Under the pieces are notes generated by a model that was not told the origin of the DNA, did not search any database, and was given only the letters and a program-made list of their open reading frames with translations. 64,000 nt of DNA from Sutterella sp. GTDB taxonomy: Bacteria > Pseudomonadota > Gammaproteobacteria > Burkholderiales > Burkholderiaceae_F. The DNA is taken from assembly GCA_017936545.1 (NCBI GenBank), contig JAGBFJ010000059.1, forward strand, positions 18,958 through 82,957, read 5' to 3'. Below are positions 40,227 through 52,497 of the stretch, in pieces. Made by a program: the position numbers and the translations under genes. Numbering within the stretch: position 1 is the stretch's first letter; the number at the start of each line of letters is the position of its first letter.

Positions 40227-41711
40227 TCAGACGCCGGGCAGTTCCGACTCGCCCATCAGCGCGCGGTCGACCGCGGCCGCGCAGGCTCGGCCTTCAGCCA
40301 TGGCCCGCACGACGAGCGACTGGCCGAAGCGGCAGTCTCCGCAGGCCCAGACCTTGTCGGCCGACGTTCTGAAGTCTCCGGCGCCGGCGTCCGCCGTGCC
40401 CCGGGCCGTCTTCTTCACACCGAAAGCCTCCAGCAGTCCGGAAGACGGCGACAGGAAGCCCATGGCGAGGAACACGCGGTCCGCCTTGAGCTCTCGCTCG
40501 GATCCCGGCACTTCCTCGCTCTTCCAGCGGCCCGTTTCCGCGTCGAGCGTCCACTTGAGATCCGTCACGACGACGCCCTTCACGCACCCCGCCTTGTCGG
40601 CAGTCAGACGCTTCGTTCCGACCGACCAGAGACGGGTGCAGCCTTCCTCATGACTTGACGACGTGCGCAGCTTGTTCGGCCAGGCCGGCCACACGAGCAG
40701 CTTGTCCTCGGCGGCGGGCGGCTTCGGCTTATGCTCGATCTGAACGACCGACTTGGCGCCCTGACGGTTCGCCGCGCCGACGCAGTCGCTGCCGGTATCG
40801 CCGCCGCCGATGATCACGACGTCGGCGCCCGCGCAGTCGATGAGTTCGGGAACCGCATCGCCGGCAATGCGGCGGCTGACGGGCTGCAGGAATTCCAGCG
40901 CATACGCCACGCCCTTCAGCTGTCTTCCCGGCACTTCCAGATTTCTCGGCACTTCGGATCCTGCCGCCAGCACGACGGCGTCGAACTTCTTCAGAAGCTG
41001 CTGCGCCGTCACGGTCTTTTTGGCCAAATTCATCACGCCCTCCGGGAACTTCTGTCCGCCGACGGCGCAGGACAGATGAAAGACGACGCCTTCAGCCTCC
41101 ATCTGCGCCAGACGCCGGTCAATGACCTGCTTTTCCAGCTTGAAGTCGGGAATGCCGTAGCGAAGGAGTCCGCCGGCACGGTCGGCCTTTTCAAAGACCT
41201 CGACCGCATGACCCGCGCGGGCAAGCTGCTGGGCGCAGGCGAGACCCGCCGGTCCCGAGCCGACGACGGCCACCTTTCTGCCAGTCTTCACGGAGGCCGG
41301 ACGGGGGGCAATCCAGCCCGAAGCCCAGGCCTTCTCGATGACGGCCAGCTCCAGCGACCGGATCGTCACCGGCGCATCCATCACGCGGTTGAGCACGCAT
41401 CCCGCCTCGCAGAGCGCAGGGCAGACGCGTCCCGTGAATTCCGGGAAATTCGACGTCGATGCCAGAACTTCGTAGGCTTCCTGCCAGCGTCCCTTCATCA
41501 CCAGATCGTTCATGTCCGGAATGATGTTGTGAAGCGTGCAGCTGTGGCTGCAGAACGGCGTTCCGCAGTCCATGCACCTCGACGCCTGCGCGGCACTTTC
41601 GGCGGGCGTATGCCGTACGGCAAATTCCCGCCAGTGCTTCACGCGTTCCGCCGGCGCCTCCTTGCCTTCCGACTGACGCGCGACGGTCATAAAACCTCTG
41701 ATGCTTCCCAT
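40227..41711 (-). CDS. gltD: Glutamate synthase small subunit
   Basis: RCMDCGTPFC, FPEFTGRVCPALCE, GSGPAGL, IGGGDTGSDC. Confidence 0.96.
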   Translation of the reverse strand: MGSIRGFMTVARQSEGKEAPAERVKHWREFAVRHTPAESAAQASRCMDCGTPFCSHSCTLHNIIPDMNDLVMKGRWQEAYEVLASTSNFPEFTGRVCPALCEAGCVLNRVMDAPVTIRSLELAVIEKAWASGWIAPRPASVKTGRKVAVVGSGPAGLACAQQLARAGHAVEVFEKADRAGGLLRYGIPDFKLEKQVIDRRLAQMEAEGVVFHLSCAVGGQKFPEGVMNLAKKTVTAQQLLKKFDAVVLAAGSEVPRNLEVPGRQLKGVAYALEFLQPVSRRIAGDAVPELIDCAGADVVIIGGGDTGSDCVGAANRQGAKSVVQIEHKPKPPAAEDKLLVWPAWPNKLRTSSSHEEGCTRLWSVGTKRLTADKAGCVKGVVVTDLKWTLDAETGRWKSEEVPGSERELKADRVFLAMGFLSPSSGLLEAFGVKKTARGTADAGAGDFRTSADKVWACGDCRFGQSLVVRAMAEGRACAAAVDRALMGESELPGV

Positions 41712-41715
41712 GGTG

Positions 41716-44700
41716 TCACTCCTTCGTCGTCAGTGCGGCACGCTTCAGCAGTGCTTCGCGGTATTCGGTCGGGAAGACCTTCACAAATCTCGACCGCATG
41801 CAGTTCCAGCTCTTCAAAATGGCTTGCGCGCGGGTGCTCTGCGTCAGGCGCTCGTGCTTTTCGAGCAGCTCGAGAAGAATCTCTTCGTCGGGTCTGCCCA
41901 GATGCATGGCGGCCGCCGGCACGCGTCTTCTCTGCTCGTCGGCAGACATGATCCGCTCGAGCATCACGCTCGTCTTGTTGCAGTGACTTTCGAATGAGCC
42001 GTCCTCATCGAACACGTAGCAGACGCCGCCCGACATGCCGGAAGCAAAATTGCGTCCGGTTCGGCCGAGAACGACCACCGTGCCGCCCGTCATGTATTCG
42101 CAGCCGTGGTCGCCCGTGCCTTCCACCACCGCTGAAGCGCCGGACAGTCTCACGGCGAAGCGTTCGCCCGCCACGCCGTTGAAGAAGGCCTCGCCCGACG
42201 TGGCGCCGTAGAGCATCGTATTGCCGCAGATGATGTTTTCCGCTCCCTTGCCGCGGAAGCTTTCCGACGCCTTGACGATAATGCGGCCGCCCGACAGGCC
42301 CTTGCCGACATAGTCGTTCGCATCGCCGATCAGCGTCATCGAGATGCCGGGCGCGAGGAAGGCGCCGAGGCTCTGGCCGGCCGTTCCGCGCAGCGTGAGG
42401 TCGATGGTGCCGGGCGGAAGTCCCGCGCGGCCCCGGCGGCGGACAACTTCAGCCGAAAGCCGGGTGCCCACCGTGCGGTTCACGTTGCGCACCGTTCTCT
42501 CGAGCTTCACCGGACGGCCCTCTTCGATGGCCGCCCGGCAGGCTTCGATGAGTTCGGTATCCATTTCACGCTCGAGCCGGTGGTCCTGCGTTTCGGAATG
42601 ACGCACCGACGCGGGCTCGGCCTGCGGATCGCGCCAGAGGATGCGCGAGAAGTCGAGTCCCGCCGCCTTCGCGTGGCGGGCGACCTCCTCGGCCGGACGG
42701 ACTTCCAAAAGATCGCTGCGTCCGATCAGGTCCTCGAAGCGCCGGATGCCGAGAGACGCCATGATCTCCCGCACTTCCTCTGCCACCATGAAGAAGTAGT
42801 TCACCACGTGGCCGGGCTGGCCCGTGAACTTCTTTCTCAGCTCCGGATCCTGCGTCGCGATGCCGACCGGACAGGTATTGAGGTGGCACTTCCTCATCAT
42901 GAGACAGCCTTCGACCACCAGCGGCGCGGTTGCAAAGCCGAATTCATCCGCACCGAGAAGCGCGCCGACCACCACGTCGCGGCCCGTCTTGATCTGACCG
43001 TCGACCTGCAGCGCCACGCGGCTTCTGAGTCTGTTGAGCACCAGTGTCTGCTGCACCTCCGCCAGGCCGAGCTCCCACGGCGTGCCCGCATGACGGACCG
43101 ACGAAAGCGGCGAAGCGCCGGTGCCGCCGTCGTAGCCCGAAATCACGATATGGTCGGCCTTGGCCTTGGCCACGCCGGCCGCAACCGTACCGACGCCGCT
43201 TTCGCTCACGAGCTTCACGGAGATTTCCGCCCGGTCGTTGGCGCACTTGAGGTCGTGAATCAGCTGCGCAAGGTCTTCAATCGAATAGATGTCATGATGC
43301 GGGGGCGGAGAAATGAGACCCACGCCGGGCACCGAGTAGCGCAGTTTGGCGATGTACTCGCTCACCTTGTGGCCGGGCAGATGGCCGCCCTCGCCGGGCT
43401 TCGCGCCCTGCGCCATCTTGATCTGAATCGGATCGGCCGAAGCCAGATACTCTTCCGTCACGCCGAATCGGCCCGACGCCACCTGCTTGATCTTCGACCG
43501 CAGGCTGTCGCCTTTTTTGAGAGGAATCGAAGCAACCACCCGATCCCTGCCGAGCACGTCGGCCACCGTCATGCCGTCCTCGATGCCCGAGGAGCCGGTC
43601 AGCAGTTCCTTTTCATAGCGCTTTTCGTCTTCGCCGCCCTCGCCCGTGTTGGAACGGCCGCCGATGCGGTTCATAGCCACAGCCAGCGTTGCGTGAGCCT
43701 CCGCGGAGATCGAACCGAGCGACATGGCGCCCGTTGCGAAGCGCTTCACGATCGACTGCGCGGGCTCGACTTCGTCAAGCGGCACGGGCTCGACGCCTTC
43801 CGTACGGAACGCGAGCATGCCTCGGAGCGTCATCAGACGTTCCGTCTGACGGTTGATGATGTCCGCATAGCGCCGGTACTTGGCCTGAGAATTCGTTCTG
43901 GCCGCGTGCTGCAGCTCGGCGATCGCCTCCGGCGTCCACATATGCTCCTCGCCCTGTGCGCGCCAGGCATACTCGCCGCCCTGCAGGAGAGCTTCGCGTT
44001 CGCCCGTTCGGAGCTGATAGGCGCGGTCGTGCACGGCGAGCGCTTCGCGCATCACTTCGAAGAGGCCGATGCCTTCGACCGTCGTCTGGGTGCCGTGGAA
44101 GTAGCGGTCGATGAAGCTCCGCCTGAGTCCCACGGCCTCGAAGATCATCGCACCGCGATAGCTCATGTAGGTCGAGATGCCCATCTTGGCCATGACCTTC
44201 GTGAGTCCCTTGCCGATCGCCTTGATGTAATGCGCCACGGCTTCCGAAGACGGCAGCGCGAGACGGCCGTCCCGGCACATGTCTTCGATCGTCTCTATCG
44301 CCAGATAGGGATGCACGGCTTCGGCGCCGTAGCCGGCAAGGAGCGCGAAATGATGCGTTTCCCTGGCCGCGCCCGTTTCAACCACCAGACCCACGTCGGT
44401 TCTGACGCCTTCCCGGATCAGATGCTGATGCAGGGCGGATACGGCGAGCAGCACCGGAATCGCCACGCGCTCCCGGCTCACCGCTCGGTCCGTCACGATC
44501 AGAATCGTATAGCCCGTCTTCACGGCATCCACCGCCCGTGCGCAGATCGAAGCAATCTGCGCTTCGACGCCGATTTCTCCCCATGCACACGGATAAGTGA
44601 TGTCGAGTTCGAAGCTGCGGAACTTCCCGTCCGTATAGGCCTCGATGCGGCGCAGCTTTCCGATGTCCTCCACCGAAAGAATCGGCTGCGTCACTTCCAG

Positions 44701-46407
44701 ACGCCTCGGAGGATTCACGTTGTTGATGTCGAGCAGATTGGGCTTCGGACCGATGAAGGAGACAAGCGAGGTGACGAGTTCCTCGCGGATCGGGTCGATC
44801 GGCGGATTCGTGACCTGGGCGAAAAGCTGCTTGAAGTACTGGAAGAACGACTTGTCCCTGTCGGACAGCACCGCGAGCGGCGCGTCGTTGCCCATGCTGC
44901 CGACGGGCTCCATGCCCTTGTCGGCCATCGGGCCGAGGATGAACTTCAGATCCTCCTTCGTGTAGCCGAAGGCCGCCTGGCGCACCGGCAGCGGATCCGC
45001 GGGCACGGCCTCCTCCTGTCCTTCGACAGGCCGGAAGTCGTCCAGACGAACATTGAGGCGCTTCACCCATTCCTGATAGGGCTGAGCGGAGGCCAGACGC
45101 TGCTTGAGCTCTTCATCGCTGACGATGCAGCCCTCTTCAGTGTCCAGATAGAACATCTTGCCAGGTTCGAGACGCCACTTCCTGAGCACCCGGCTGTCCT
45201 CAATCGGGAGCACGCCTGATTCGCTAGCCATCACGACCATATCGTCGTCGGTGAGCACATAGCGCTGCGGGCGCAGGCCGTTGCGGTCCAGCGTGGCCCC
45301 GATGCGCTCGCCGTCCGTGAAGACGATCGCCGCAGGTCCGTCCCAGGGCTCCATCATCGACGCGTAGTACTCGTAGAAGGCTCGGCGGCGCGGCTCCATC
45401 GTTTCCGCCCGTTCCCAGGCTTCCGGCAGAAGCATCATGACCGCCTGAGCGAGCGGATAGCCGCTCATCACCAGCAGCTCGAGCGCATTGTCCAGGCTTG
45501 CCGTATCGCTCTGCCCTTCATAGATCAGCGGAGAGAGTCTGGCCAGATCGCTGCCGAGCACCGAGCTCGACATGGCGCCTTCTCGGGCGCGGATCCAGTT
45601 GAAGTTTCCTTTGACGGTATTGATTTCGCCGTTGTGCGCCACGTAGCGGTACGGATGCGCGAGTTCCCAGGAGGGGAAGGTGTTGGTGGAGAAGCGCTGA
45701 TGCACGACCGCAATGGCGGTGGCGGCGCGTTCGTCCTGAAGGTCGAGATAGTAGGTGCCGACCTGATCGGCGAGGAGCAGACCCTTGTACACCACGGTGC
45801 GGGTCGACATGGAGGGAACGAAGTATTCGGTGCCGTGTTCCAGATTAAGACGCCGGATATTGTGGCTCGCGGTCTTTCGGATGACGTAGAGCTTTCTCTC
45901 GAGCGCATCCTGCACCATGACGTCCGGGCCGCGTCCGATGAAAATCTGACGGATTACCGGTTCTTTTGCCCTGACGGTGGGACTCATCGGCATGTCACGG
46001 TTGACCGGCACGTCACGCCAGCCGAGAACCACCTGACCGTTGGCGCGCACCGTGCGTTCGAGTTCCTCTTCGCAGGCCGCCCGCGATGCGCTTTCCTGAG
46101 GCAGGAAAATCATCCCCACGCCGTAGTCGCCGGGCGGCGGAAGCGTCACGCCCTGGGCGGCCATTTCCTCACGGTAGTAGGCATCGGGAATCTGGATCAG
46201 AATGCCTGCGCCGTCGCCGCAGAGCGGATCGGCGCCCACGGCGCCGCGATGATCGAGATTGTGAAGAATGAGAAGGGCATCCTCAATGGCCTTGTGCGTT
46301 TTTCGGCCGCGGATGTTGGCGACGAAACCGACGCCGCAGGCGTCCTTCTCGTATGCAGGTTGATACAGGCCGTGCGCTTGCGCGGCGGCCGCCCTCTCGT
46401 TGGTCAT
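41716..46407 (-). CDS. gltB: Glutamate synthase large subunit
   Basis: [47 protein letters not shown]. Confidence 0.97.
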   Translation of the reverse strand: MTNERAAAAQAHGLYQPAYEKDACGVGFVANIRGRKTHKAIEDALLILHNLDHRGAVGADPLCGDGAGILIQIPDAYYREEMAAQGVTLPPPGDYGVGMIFLPQESASRAACEEELERTVRANGQVVLGWRDVPVNRDMPMSPTVRAKEPVIRQIFIGRGPDVMVQDALERKLYVIRKTASHNIRRLNLEHGTEYFVPSMSTRTVVYKGLLLADQVGTYYLDLQDERAATAIAVVHQRFSTNTFPSWELAHPYRYVAHNGEINTVKGNFNWIRAREGAMSSSVLGSDLARLSPLIYEGQSDTASLDNALELLVMSGYPLAQAVMMLLPEAWERAETMEPRRRAFYEYYASMMEPWDGPAAIVFTDGERIGATLDRNGLRPQRYVLTDDDMVVMASESGVLPIEDSRVLRKWRLEPGKMFYLDTEEGCIVSDEELKQRLASAQPYQEWVKRLNVRLDDFRPVEGQEEAVPADPLPVRQAAFGYTKEDLKFILGPMADKGMEPVGSMGNDAPLAVLSDRDKSFFQYFKQLFAQVTNPPIDPIREELVTSLVSFIGPKPNLLDINNVNPPRRLEVTQPILSVEDIGKLRRIEAYTDGKFRSFELDITYPCAWGEIGVEAQIASICARAVDAVKTGYTILIVTDRAVSRERVAIPVLLAVSALHQHLIREGVRTDVGLVVETGAARETHHFALLAGYGAEAVHPYLAIETIEDMCRDGRLALPSSEAVAHYIKAIGKGLTKVMAKMGISTYMSYRGAMIFEAVGLRRSFIDRYFHGTQTTVEGIGLFEVMREALAVHDRAYQLRTGEREALLQGGEYAWRAQGEEHMWTPEAIAELQHAARTNSQAKYRRYADIINRQTERLMTLRGMLAFRTEGVEPVPLDEVEPAQSIVKRFATGAMSLGSISAEAHATLAVAMNRIGGRSNTGEGGEDEKRYEKELLTGSSGIEDGMTVADVLGRDRVVASIPLKKGDSLRSKIKQVASGRFGVTEEYLASADPIQIKMAQGAKPGEGGHLPGHKVSEYIAKLRYSVPGVGLISPPPHHDIYSIEDLAQLIHDLKCANDRAEISVKLVSESGVGTVAAGVAKAKADHIVISGYDGGTGASPLSSVRHAGTPWELGLAEVQQTLVLNRLRSRVALQVDGQIKTGRDVVVGALLGADEFGFATAPLVVEGCLMMRKCHLNTCPVGIATQDPELRKKFTGQPGHVVNYFFMVAEEVREIMASLGIRRFEDLIGRSDLLEVRPAEEVARHAKAAGLDFSRILWRDPQAEPASVRHSETQDHRLEREMDTELIEACRAAIEEGRPVKLERTVRNVNRTVGTRLSAEVVRRRGRAGLPPGTIDLTLRGTAGQSLGAFLAPGISMTLIGDANDYVGKGLSGGRIIVKASESFRGKGAENIICGNTMLYGATSGEAFFNGVAGERFAVRLSGASAVVEGTGDHGCEYMTGGTVVVLGRTGRNFASGMSGGVCYVFDEDGSFESHCNKTSVMLERIMSADEQRRRVPAAAMHLGRPDEEILLELLEKHERLTQSTRAQAILKSWNCMRSRFVKVFPTEYREALLKRAALTTKE

Positions 46408-46679
46408 GCTTTGTCTCCAGCAGTTTTTTGTCCAAGGGGGGAAGAATGTGCCGATCGCGCGCCCTTTCCGAGGGAAAAGGGCGATGTCAGCTGATCCATT
46501 CTGACAGAGCTGTCTCGGGACGATCGGCCGGTTCATTGGGCGTATGTCTTAGCGCGATTGAGCCGTCAGAGGAAGGTCGTCATGTCTTAAGAAATTCTTC
46601 CTATCCCTGATGAGAGACTGCAAAAACAAAAAGACCGCCCGAAGGCGGCCGGAAGGCGGAGACGCGATGCGCGCGGAAC

Positions 46680-47060
46680 TCAGACTCCGAAGGAGGAGCC
46701 GCAGCCGCAGGTCGTCACTGCGTTCGGATTGTCAATCACGAACTGCGCGCCGGACAGATCGTCCTTGAAATCGATCTTGGCGCCGACGAGATACTGATAG
46801 CTCATCGAGTCGATGAGCAGCGTCACGCCGCCCTTTTCCATCACGGCATCGTCGTCGTTCTGGGTTTCATCGAAGGTGAAGCCGTACTGGAAGCCGGCGC
46901 AGCCGCCGCCCTGCACGAACACGCGCAGCTTGAGGTTGGGATTGCCCTCCTCGTCCATCAGTTCCTTCACCTTGGCCACAGCCGCATCCGTAAAGTTGAT
47001 CGGATCCGGCATCAGCTCGGGCACTTCTTCCTGAGCTGTTTCAATCTTTTCTTCAGTCAT
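46680..47060 (-). CDS. erpA: Fe-S cluster insertion protein
   Basis: [24 protein letters not shown]. Confidence 0.95.
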   Translation of the reverse strand: MTEEKIETAQEEVPELMPDPINFTDAAVAKVKELMDEEGNPNLKLRVFVQGGGCAGFQYGFTFDETQNDDDAVMEKGGVTLLIDSMSYQYLVGAKIDFKDDLSGAQFVIDNPNAVTTCGCGSSFGV

Positions 47061-47264
47061 TTGCTGGTCTCGGCAGACGGTCCCGAGGGCCGCCGCTCTC
47101 CGTTATGGTTGTACGGGATCGGTGCGCGAAGCCGCAGACATCGGTCGGCCGGGCGCCCTGTGAAATTCAATGAGCATCTATCCTACACGAAAACCTCGGG
47201 CGGCGGCACCTTACCCGCAGTTTTTTCGGCTCGTCCGCGAACGCCATCCCTTCCTGCGAATGTG

Positions 47265-47303
47265 AAAAAAGCCGCTTCGGAACTGAGTCCGAAACGGCTT
47301 TTC
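47265..47303 (-). terminator. rplM-rpsI terminator
   Basis: AAAAAAGCCGCTTCGG...CCGAAACGGCTTTT. Confidence 0.75.
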
Positions 47304-47348
47304 TGAATGCGTGCCGCAGACATCGCCGCGGCACGGCACGCGAAGCAA

Positions 47349-47741
47349 TTAGCGCTTGGAGAACTGCTTGGCGCGGCGGGCCTTGCGCAGACCGACCTTC
47401 TTACGTTCGACTTCGCGAGCGTCGCGGGTCACGAGACCGGCGTTGGAGAGAACGCTCTTGAGGCCTTCATCGTAGTCGATGAGAGCGCGGGTGATGCCGT
47501 GGCGGATAGCGCCGGCCTGGCCGGATTCACCGCCGCCGCAAACGTTGACCATGATGTCGAACGTTTCGGTGTTTTCCGTGAGCTGGAGCGGCTGCATGAC
47601 AATCATGCGGCCCGTTTCACGGTGGAAGTACTGTTCCAGCGGACGGCCGTTGATCACGATCTTGCCGGTGCCGCGCTTGATGAAAACACGGGCGACCGAG
47701 CTCTTGCGGCGGCCGGTGCCGTAGTTGTAGTTACCGATCAT
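47349..47741 (-). CDS. rpsI: 30S ribosomal protein S9
   Basis: [24 protein letters not shown]. Confidence 0.99.
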   Translation of the reverse strand: MIGNYNYGTGRRKSSVARVFIKRGTGKIVINGRPLEQYFHRETGRMIVMQPLQLTENTETFDIMVNVCGGGESGQAGAIRHGITRALIDYDEGLKSVLSNAGLVTRDAREVERKKVGLRKARRAKQFSKR

Positions 47742-47760
47742 CTTTCAAGCCTTTCGGAAA

Positions 47761-48189
47761 TTAGAGGTCAAGAACCTTGGGTTGCTGGGCGGAGTGCGGG
47801 TGTTCGGCGCCGGCGTAGATCTTGAGCTTCTTGATCATGGCGTAGCCGAGCGGTCCCTTCGGGAGCATGCCCTTGACGGCGATTTCCAGAGCGCGGCCCG
47901 GGTGCTTCGCCTGCATTTCGCAGAACGTCGTTTCGTAGATGCCGCCGGGATAGCCGGTGTGACGGTAGTACGTCTTCTTCGAGGCTTTTTCAGCGGAGAG
48001 CTTGAGCTTGTCGGCGTTGATCACGACGATAAAATCACCCGTGTCGACGTGCGGCGTGAATTCGGGCTTGTGCTTGCCGCGAAGGCGCAGAGCGATTTCG
48101 CTGGCAAGACGGCCGAGCACCTTATCACTGGCATCGACCACGAACCAGTCGCGCTTAACCTCAAGCGGCTTGGCCGAGAAGGTCTTCAT
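47761..48189 (-). CDS. rplM: 50S ribosomal protein L13
   Basis: [29 protein letters not shown]. Confidence 0.99.
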   Translation of the reverse strand: MKTFSAKPLEVKRDWFVVDASDKVLGRLASEIALRLRGKHKPEFTPHVDTGDFIVVINADKLKLSAEKASKKTYYRHTGYPGGIYETTFCEMQAKHPGRALEIAVKGMLPKGPLGYAMIKKLKIYAGAEHPHSAQQPKVLDL

Positions 48190-48445
48190 TGCGTTTCACC
48201 TAATAAAGTAGAAGTTTCCGTTCCGCCGCTGACGGATGGCGCCGCGGTCCGGCACCTCGCCGAACCCGCAGTCGGGACGAAATACTTGAATAAAAACAAA
48301 AGCGAACCCGGACCGGTCTGTTGTGGACGCACTGTCCGTCTGGTTCGCCCTATTGAATACATGGCGTTTCCGACTTTGCATCATTTCGCGGCGCCAGTGG
48401 AAAATAGATGGGGTAAGCAATCCGCGAAGCAGAGTCAGGTTGGCG

Positions 48446-48474
48446 ATTTTACCTGAAGGCCATGTCCGTGTCCA
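48446..48474 (-). promoter_or_regulatory. Sigma-70 promoter of rplM-rpsI
   Basis: Minus strand TGGACA-17 nt-TAAAAT. Confidence 0.6.
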
Positions 48475-48500
48475 GCGAAGACGCCGATTTTTTCTTCTTT

Positions 48501-49106
48501 TCAGAGCGTCTGAATGTGCCTCAGATAGGAGTCGAGCCCTCCGAGGAACATCTGCGTGGCCATCATGGCCAGAATAAGGCCCGTCAGGCGCTCGATGGCC
48601 ATTGTCACCTTGTCGCCGAGCTTGCGCTGCAGCCATTCGGCCGAACCGAGAACGGCAAAGCAGACGGCCATCGTCACCACGATTACCGCGCCCCATTCAA
48701 CCAGACGGTCGGGCTGCGCTGCCGCAAGCATGATGATGGTGGCGATGGTCGACGGTCCGGCGATCGCGGGCACGGCGAGCGGCACGATCATGGGCTCCCC
48801 GCCCGGGGTTTCGCCGAAGACCCCCTCCTTGCTCGGAAAGACCATGCGGATCGCCATCAGCATGACGATCACCGCACCGCCGATCGAAAGCGCCGCATCG
48901 GTCAGGCCGAGCATCTGCATGAACTGCCGGCCGAAGAACATCGCCAGAATCAGGATGCCTCCCGCTATCACGCATTCGCGCGCAAGCACCCAGAGGCGCC
49001 GCTGATTGGGCACCGTCTTCAGGCAGGCGAGCGTCAGCGGAATATTGCCGACCGGATCGGCCATGAGCAGCATCAGCATGAGGCCGCCCCAGAATGAATA
49101 CTCCAT
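48501..49106 (-). CDS. MarC family membrane protein
   Basis: DPVGNIP, IVPLAVPAIAGP, ERLTGLIL. Confidence 0.93.
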   Translation of the reverse strand: MEYSFWGGLMLMLLMADPVGNIPLTLACLKTVPNQRRLWVLARECVIAGGILILAMFFGRQFMQMLGLTDAALSIGGAVIVMLMAIRMVFPSKEGVFGETPGGEPMIVPLAVPAIAGPSTIATIIMLAAAQPDRLVEWGAVIVVTMAVCFAVLGSAEWLQRKLGDKVTMAIERLTGLILAMMATQMFLGGLDSYLRHIQTL

Positions 49107-49120
49107 TTTCAGAGTCCCTC

Positions 49121-49160
49121 AAAAAACAAAGGGACGCACGCCTGAGGCATGCATCCCTTC
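49121..49160 (-). terminator. glpKD terminator
   Basis: Minus strand AAGGGATGCATGC...GCGTGCGTCCCTTTGTTTTTT. Confidence 0.7.
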
Positions 49161-49196
49161 GTTAAGGCCCGGGCGAAAGGTCAGCCCGACCGACTT

Positions 49197-50798
49197 TTAC
49201 TTCTGAGCTTCAGCGGCTTCAGCTGCCGGAGCTTCGGCACATTCGCACTTGGCTTCGGCGCACTCGCTCTTGGCTTCCGTGCATTCGCACTTGCCTTCTT
49301 CGCATTCGCAGCATTCTGCGCATTCACAGGCGCACTCAGCTTCAGTGCCGGCGAAGGCCGCTGCAATCTTCGGCAGCAGCGCGTTCGTGCGGGCTTCGTT
49401 CATCTGGCCGAGACGCAGACGGCGGAAGAGCACGTCTTCGGGCGAACGGGCCATTTCATTGTCGCGTGCATAAAGCGCGAACTGAACGACCTTGTCGTCA
49501 GCCGCATCGGAAGCTTCCGCTTCGATTTCGAGCGCGGCGTGATCCCAGTTCGGATCCTTGAAGATCGGCAGATCCTTCGTCACGCAGAGGCGCGGCGGGA
49601 TCAGGTGACGAAGCGTCGCCACGAGCATGGCGTGCTCGGCCATCTTGCGATAGGCCGTCCACTTGCCGCCCGTTACGGTGATCATGTTGCCGAACTCAGG
49701 AATCACGGCATGTTCGCGGGACACCTTGGCGGTGGAACCGGCGGAACCCGTCGCCTGCGGATTGAAGAGCGGGCGAAGACCGGCAAACGAGGCCTTCACG
49801 TCGGCGCGGGTGATCGGCTTTTCAAGATAGCCGGAAGCAGTTTCGATCATGAAGCTGATTTCTTCTTCGCTCGCCTGCGGGTTGAAGTCGGCTTCCTTCT
49901 GTTCAACGTCGGTCGTGCCGACGAGAAGCATGCCGTGCCAGGGAATGGCAAACAGCACGCGGCCGTCGCGGGTCTTCGGAATCAGCATGCCCGTATCGCC
50001 CGGCATGAAAGACTTGTCGAGCAGGATATGGGAGCCGCGGGAGACGCGCACGAGCGTCGAGGCTTCGGGATCGACCAGGCGGCGGATCGGATCGACCCAG
50101 GCGCCAGCCGCATTGAAGACCATCTTCGTGCGGATCGTGAAGGCTTCGCCCGTTTCCTTGTCGGTGGCCGTCACGGAACGGATCACGCCGCCCTGACGGT
50201 CGATCGCCGTCACCGGCATGTAGTTGAGCGGCACGGCGCCGTGTTCAAACGCCGTACGGACAAGCGCGACGTCGAGACGGGCGTCGTCGAACTGGCCGTC
50301 ATAGAACTGCACGCCGCCCATCAGGCCCTCGGGCTTGACGCCGGGCAGACGCATCAGCGTGTCTTCACGAGACAGACTCGAGGTGCGGCCGATGTTGTAG
50401 CCGCCGTAGGTCATGGCGGAATAGATGCCCAGACCGACGGTATAGAACTCGCGTTCGCCCTTCTTGTAGCAGGGCAGAATGAAGGGCTTCGAGTGTACAA
50501 GATGCGGAGCATTCTTGATCAGAATACGGCGTTCCTTCAGCGCTTCGCGCACGAGTCCCCAGTCGCGCGGGTTCTTCATGTAGCGAACGCCGCCGTGAAT
50601 GAGCTTCGTCGAACGCGAAGAAGTGCCGGCCGAAAAGTCCTGCGCTTCAAGCAGCACGGTCTTGAGACCGCGCGATGCAGCATCGACCGCAATACCGGCG
50701 CCCGTCGCACCGCCGCCGATAACGACGACGTCCCAGACGGTATCTTCACGAAGTTTGGCGAGAAGCTCCTCGCGAACGATGGGTTTCACATCTGTCAT
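49197..50798 (-). CDS. glpD: FAD-dependent glycerol-3-phosphate dehydrogenase with Cys-rich C-terminal tail
   Basis: VIGGGATG, GTSSRSTKLIHGGVRY, AGLRPL, GGKWT; adjacent to glpK. Confidence 0.92.
   Translation of the reverse strand: MTDVKPIVREELLAKLREDTVWDVVVIGGGATGAGIAVDAASRGLKTVLLEAQDFSAGTSSRSTKLIHGGVRYMKNPRDWGLVREALKERRILIKNAPHLVHSKPFILPCYKKGEREFYTVGLGIYSAMTYGGYNIGRTSSLSREDTLMRLPGVKPEGLMGGVQFYDGQFDDARLDVALVRTAFEHGAVPLNYMPVTAIDRQGGVIRSVTATDKETGEAFTIRTKMVFNAAGAWVDPIRRLVDPEASTLVRVSRGSHILLDKSFMPGDTGMLIPKTRDGRVLFAIPWHGMLLVGTTDVEQKEADFNPQASEEEISFMIETASGYLEKPITRADVKASFAGLRPLFNPQATGSAGSTAKVSREHAVIPEFGNMITVTGGKWTAYRKMAEHAMLVATLRHLIPPRLCVTKDLPIFKDPNWDHAALEIEAEASDAADDKVVQFALYARDNEMARSPEDVLFRRLRLGQMNEARTNALLPKIAAAFAGTEAECACECAECCECEEGKCECTEAKSECAEAKCECAEAPAAEAAEAQK
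49233..49300 (-). repeat. Three 21-bp tandem units encoding EGKCECT / EAKSECA / EAKCECA
   Basis: GAAGGCAAGTGCGAATGCACG, GAAGCCAAGAGCGAGTGCGCC, GAAGCCAAGTGCGAATGTGCC on the minus strand. Confidence 0.75.
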
Positions 50799-50799
50799 G

Positions 50800-52290
50800 T
50801 CACTTGTTCCAGTTGCGGGCCCGGCCGACGGCTCGGGTCCATTGGTTCATCAAATAGTCTTTCTGATCGGCGCTCATCGCGGGTTCGAAGACCCGGTCGA
50901 CCCGCCATAGGGAAGAAATTTCATCGCACGAGTCCCAGACGCCGGAGGCGAGACCGGCAAGGAATGCGGCGCCGAGCGCCGTCGTTTCCGTAATTGCCGG
51001 ACGGATCACCGGTACGCCGGAAATATCCGCCTGGAACTGCATAAGAAGATTGTTTCGGGATGCACCGCCGTCGACGCGCAGTTCGCGCAGCGTCGTCTTG
51101 GCATCAAGCTGCATCGCCTCAAGCACCTCGGCGCACTGAAACGCAATGCCTTCCAGGGCGGCACGGGCCACATGCGCGCGCGTCGTGCCGCGCGTGAGCC
51201 CGATCATCAGGCCCCGGGCCTCGCTGTCCCAATGCGGCGCGCCGAGGCCGACAAAGGCAGGCACAAGATAAACACCGCCGTTGTCCGGAACGCTGGCCGC
51301 GAGCGTTTCGATTTCTTCGGCGGAATTGAAAAACCGAAGCCCGTCGCGAAGCCATTGCACGACGGCGCCGGCAATGAATACGGAGCCCTCAAGCGCATAC
51401 TGCGTGCGCTCTTCTCCGAGCTTCCATGCGGCAGTGCCGATCAGACGATGCATGCTCGAGCGGGGCTCGCCGCCGACGTTCATCAGCAGAAAACCGCCCG
51501 TGCCGTAGGTATTCTTGGCGCAGCCGGGCTCAAAACAGGCCTGTCCGAAAGTCGCGGCCTGCTGGTCGCCTGCCACGCCCGAAATAGGCACAGGCGTACC
51601 GAACATTTCCGGATCGGTCATGCCGATCAGACCGGAACTCGGAACAATCTCGGGCAGCATGGACGAGGGAATGCCGAAAATATCCAGCAGCTCCTCGTCC
51701 CATTGTCCGGTAATGAGACTGCAGAGCATGGTGCGCGAAGCATTCGAAATATCCGTGGCATGCACGCGGCCTCCCGTCAGATTCCAGATGAGCCACGAAT
51801 CAACAGTGCCGAAGGCCAGTTCTCCTCTCTGCGCACGCGCATGCAGGCCGGGCACGTGGTCCAGGATCCAGCGGATCTTGGTCGCCGAGAAATACGGATC
51901 GATGCGAAGGCCCGTCTTTTCCCGCACGATGACTTCGAGCCCCTTCTGCTGAAGCTCGAGACAGAACGGCGCAGTTCGGCGGTCCTGCCAGACGATGGCC
52001 GGCGCGACGGGTTCGCCCGTCCGGCGGTCCCAGACAATCGTCGTTTCACGCTGATTGGTAACGCCGATCGCACTCACTTCCTCTGCGCGCACGCCGGCTT
52101 TGCGAAGGGCCGCGCGGGCGCAGGCAATCTGGGTGCGCCAGATATCGAGCGCATCATGCTCAACCCAGCCGGACTGCGGATAGTGCTGTGCAAACTCCAT
52201 CTGCTCCATCGACACGACCTGAGCACGGTGGTTGAGGAGAACGGCGCGGGAACTCGTTGTTCCCTGATCAAGCGCAAGAATGTACTTCAT
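50800..52290 (-). CDS. glpK: Glycerol kinase
   Basis: [35 protein letters not shown]. Confidence 0.98.
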   Translation of the reverse strand: MKYILALDQGTTSSRAVLLNHRAQVVSMEQMEFAQHYPQSGWVEHDALDIWRTQIACARAALRKAGVRAEEVSAIGVTNQRETTIVWDRRTGEPVAPAIVWQDRRTAPFCLELQQKGLEVIVREKTGLRIDPYFSATKIRWILDHVPGLHARAQRGELAFGTVDSWLIWNLTGGRVHATDISNASRTMLCSLITGQWDEELLDIFGIPSSMLPEIVPSSGLIGMTDPEMFGTPVPISGVAGDQQAATFGQACFEPGCAKNTYGTGGFLLMNVGGEPRSSMHRLIGTAAWKLGEERTQYALEGSVFIAGAVVQWLRDGLRFFNSAEEIETLAASVPDNGGVYLVPAFVGLGAPHWDSEARGLMIGLTRGTTRAHVARAALEGIAFQCAEVLEAMQLDAKTTLRELRVDGGASRNNLLMQFQADISGVPVIRPAITETTALGAAFLAGLASGVWDSCDEISSLWRVDRVFEPAMSADQKDYLMNQWTRAVGRARNWNK

Positions 52291-52430
52291 CGACAGGCTG
52301 CGGCGCGGAAAAACGCCTCTGAGAAACGTCTTTTCCGCGAATGAGACGGACTTAACTTACAGAGTTTATCGAAATTATCGGCACCTGCCTAGGAGGATTA
52401 ACGATGGCTCCGAGCACGGCTCTTCAACGG

Positions 52431-52453
52431 AAAAAGCGCCCGAAGGCGCTTTT
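52431..52453 (-). terminator. Intrinsic terminator
   Basis: AAAAAGCGCC CGAA GGCGCTTTT. Confidence 0.75.
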
Positions 52454-52497
52454 CCCCGATCGGAGATCACAGAACTCCGGCCGTGTGTTCCGGTGCG

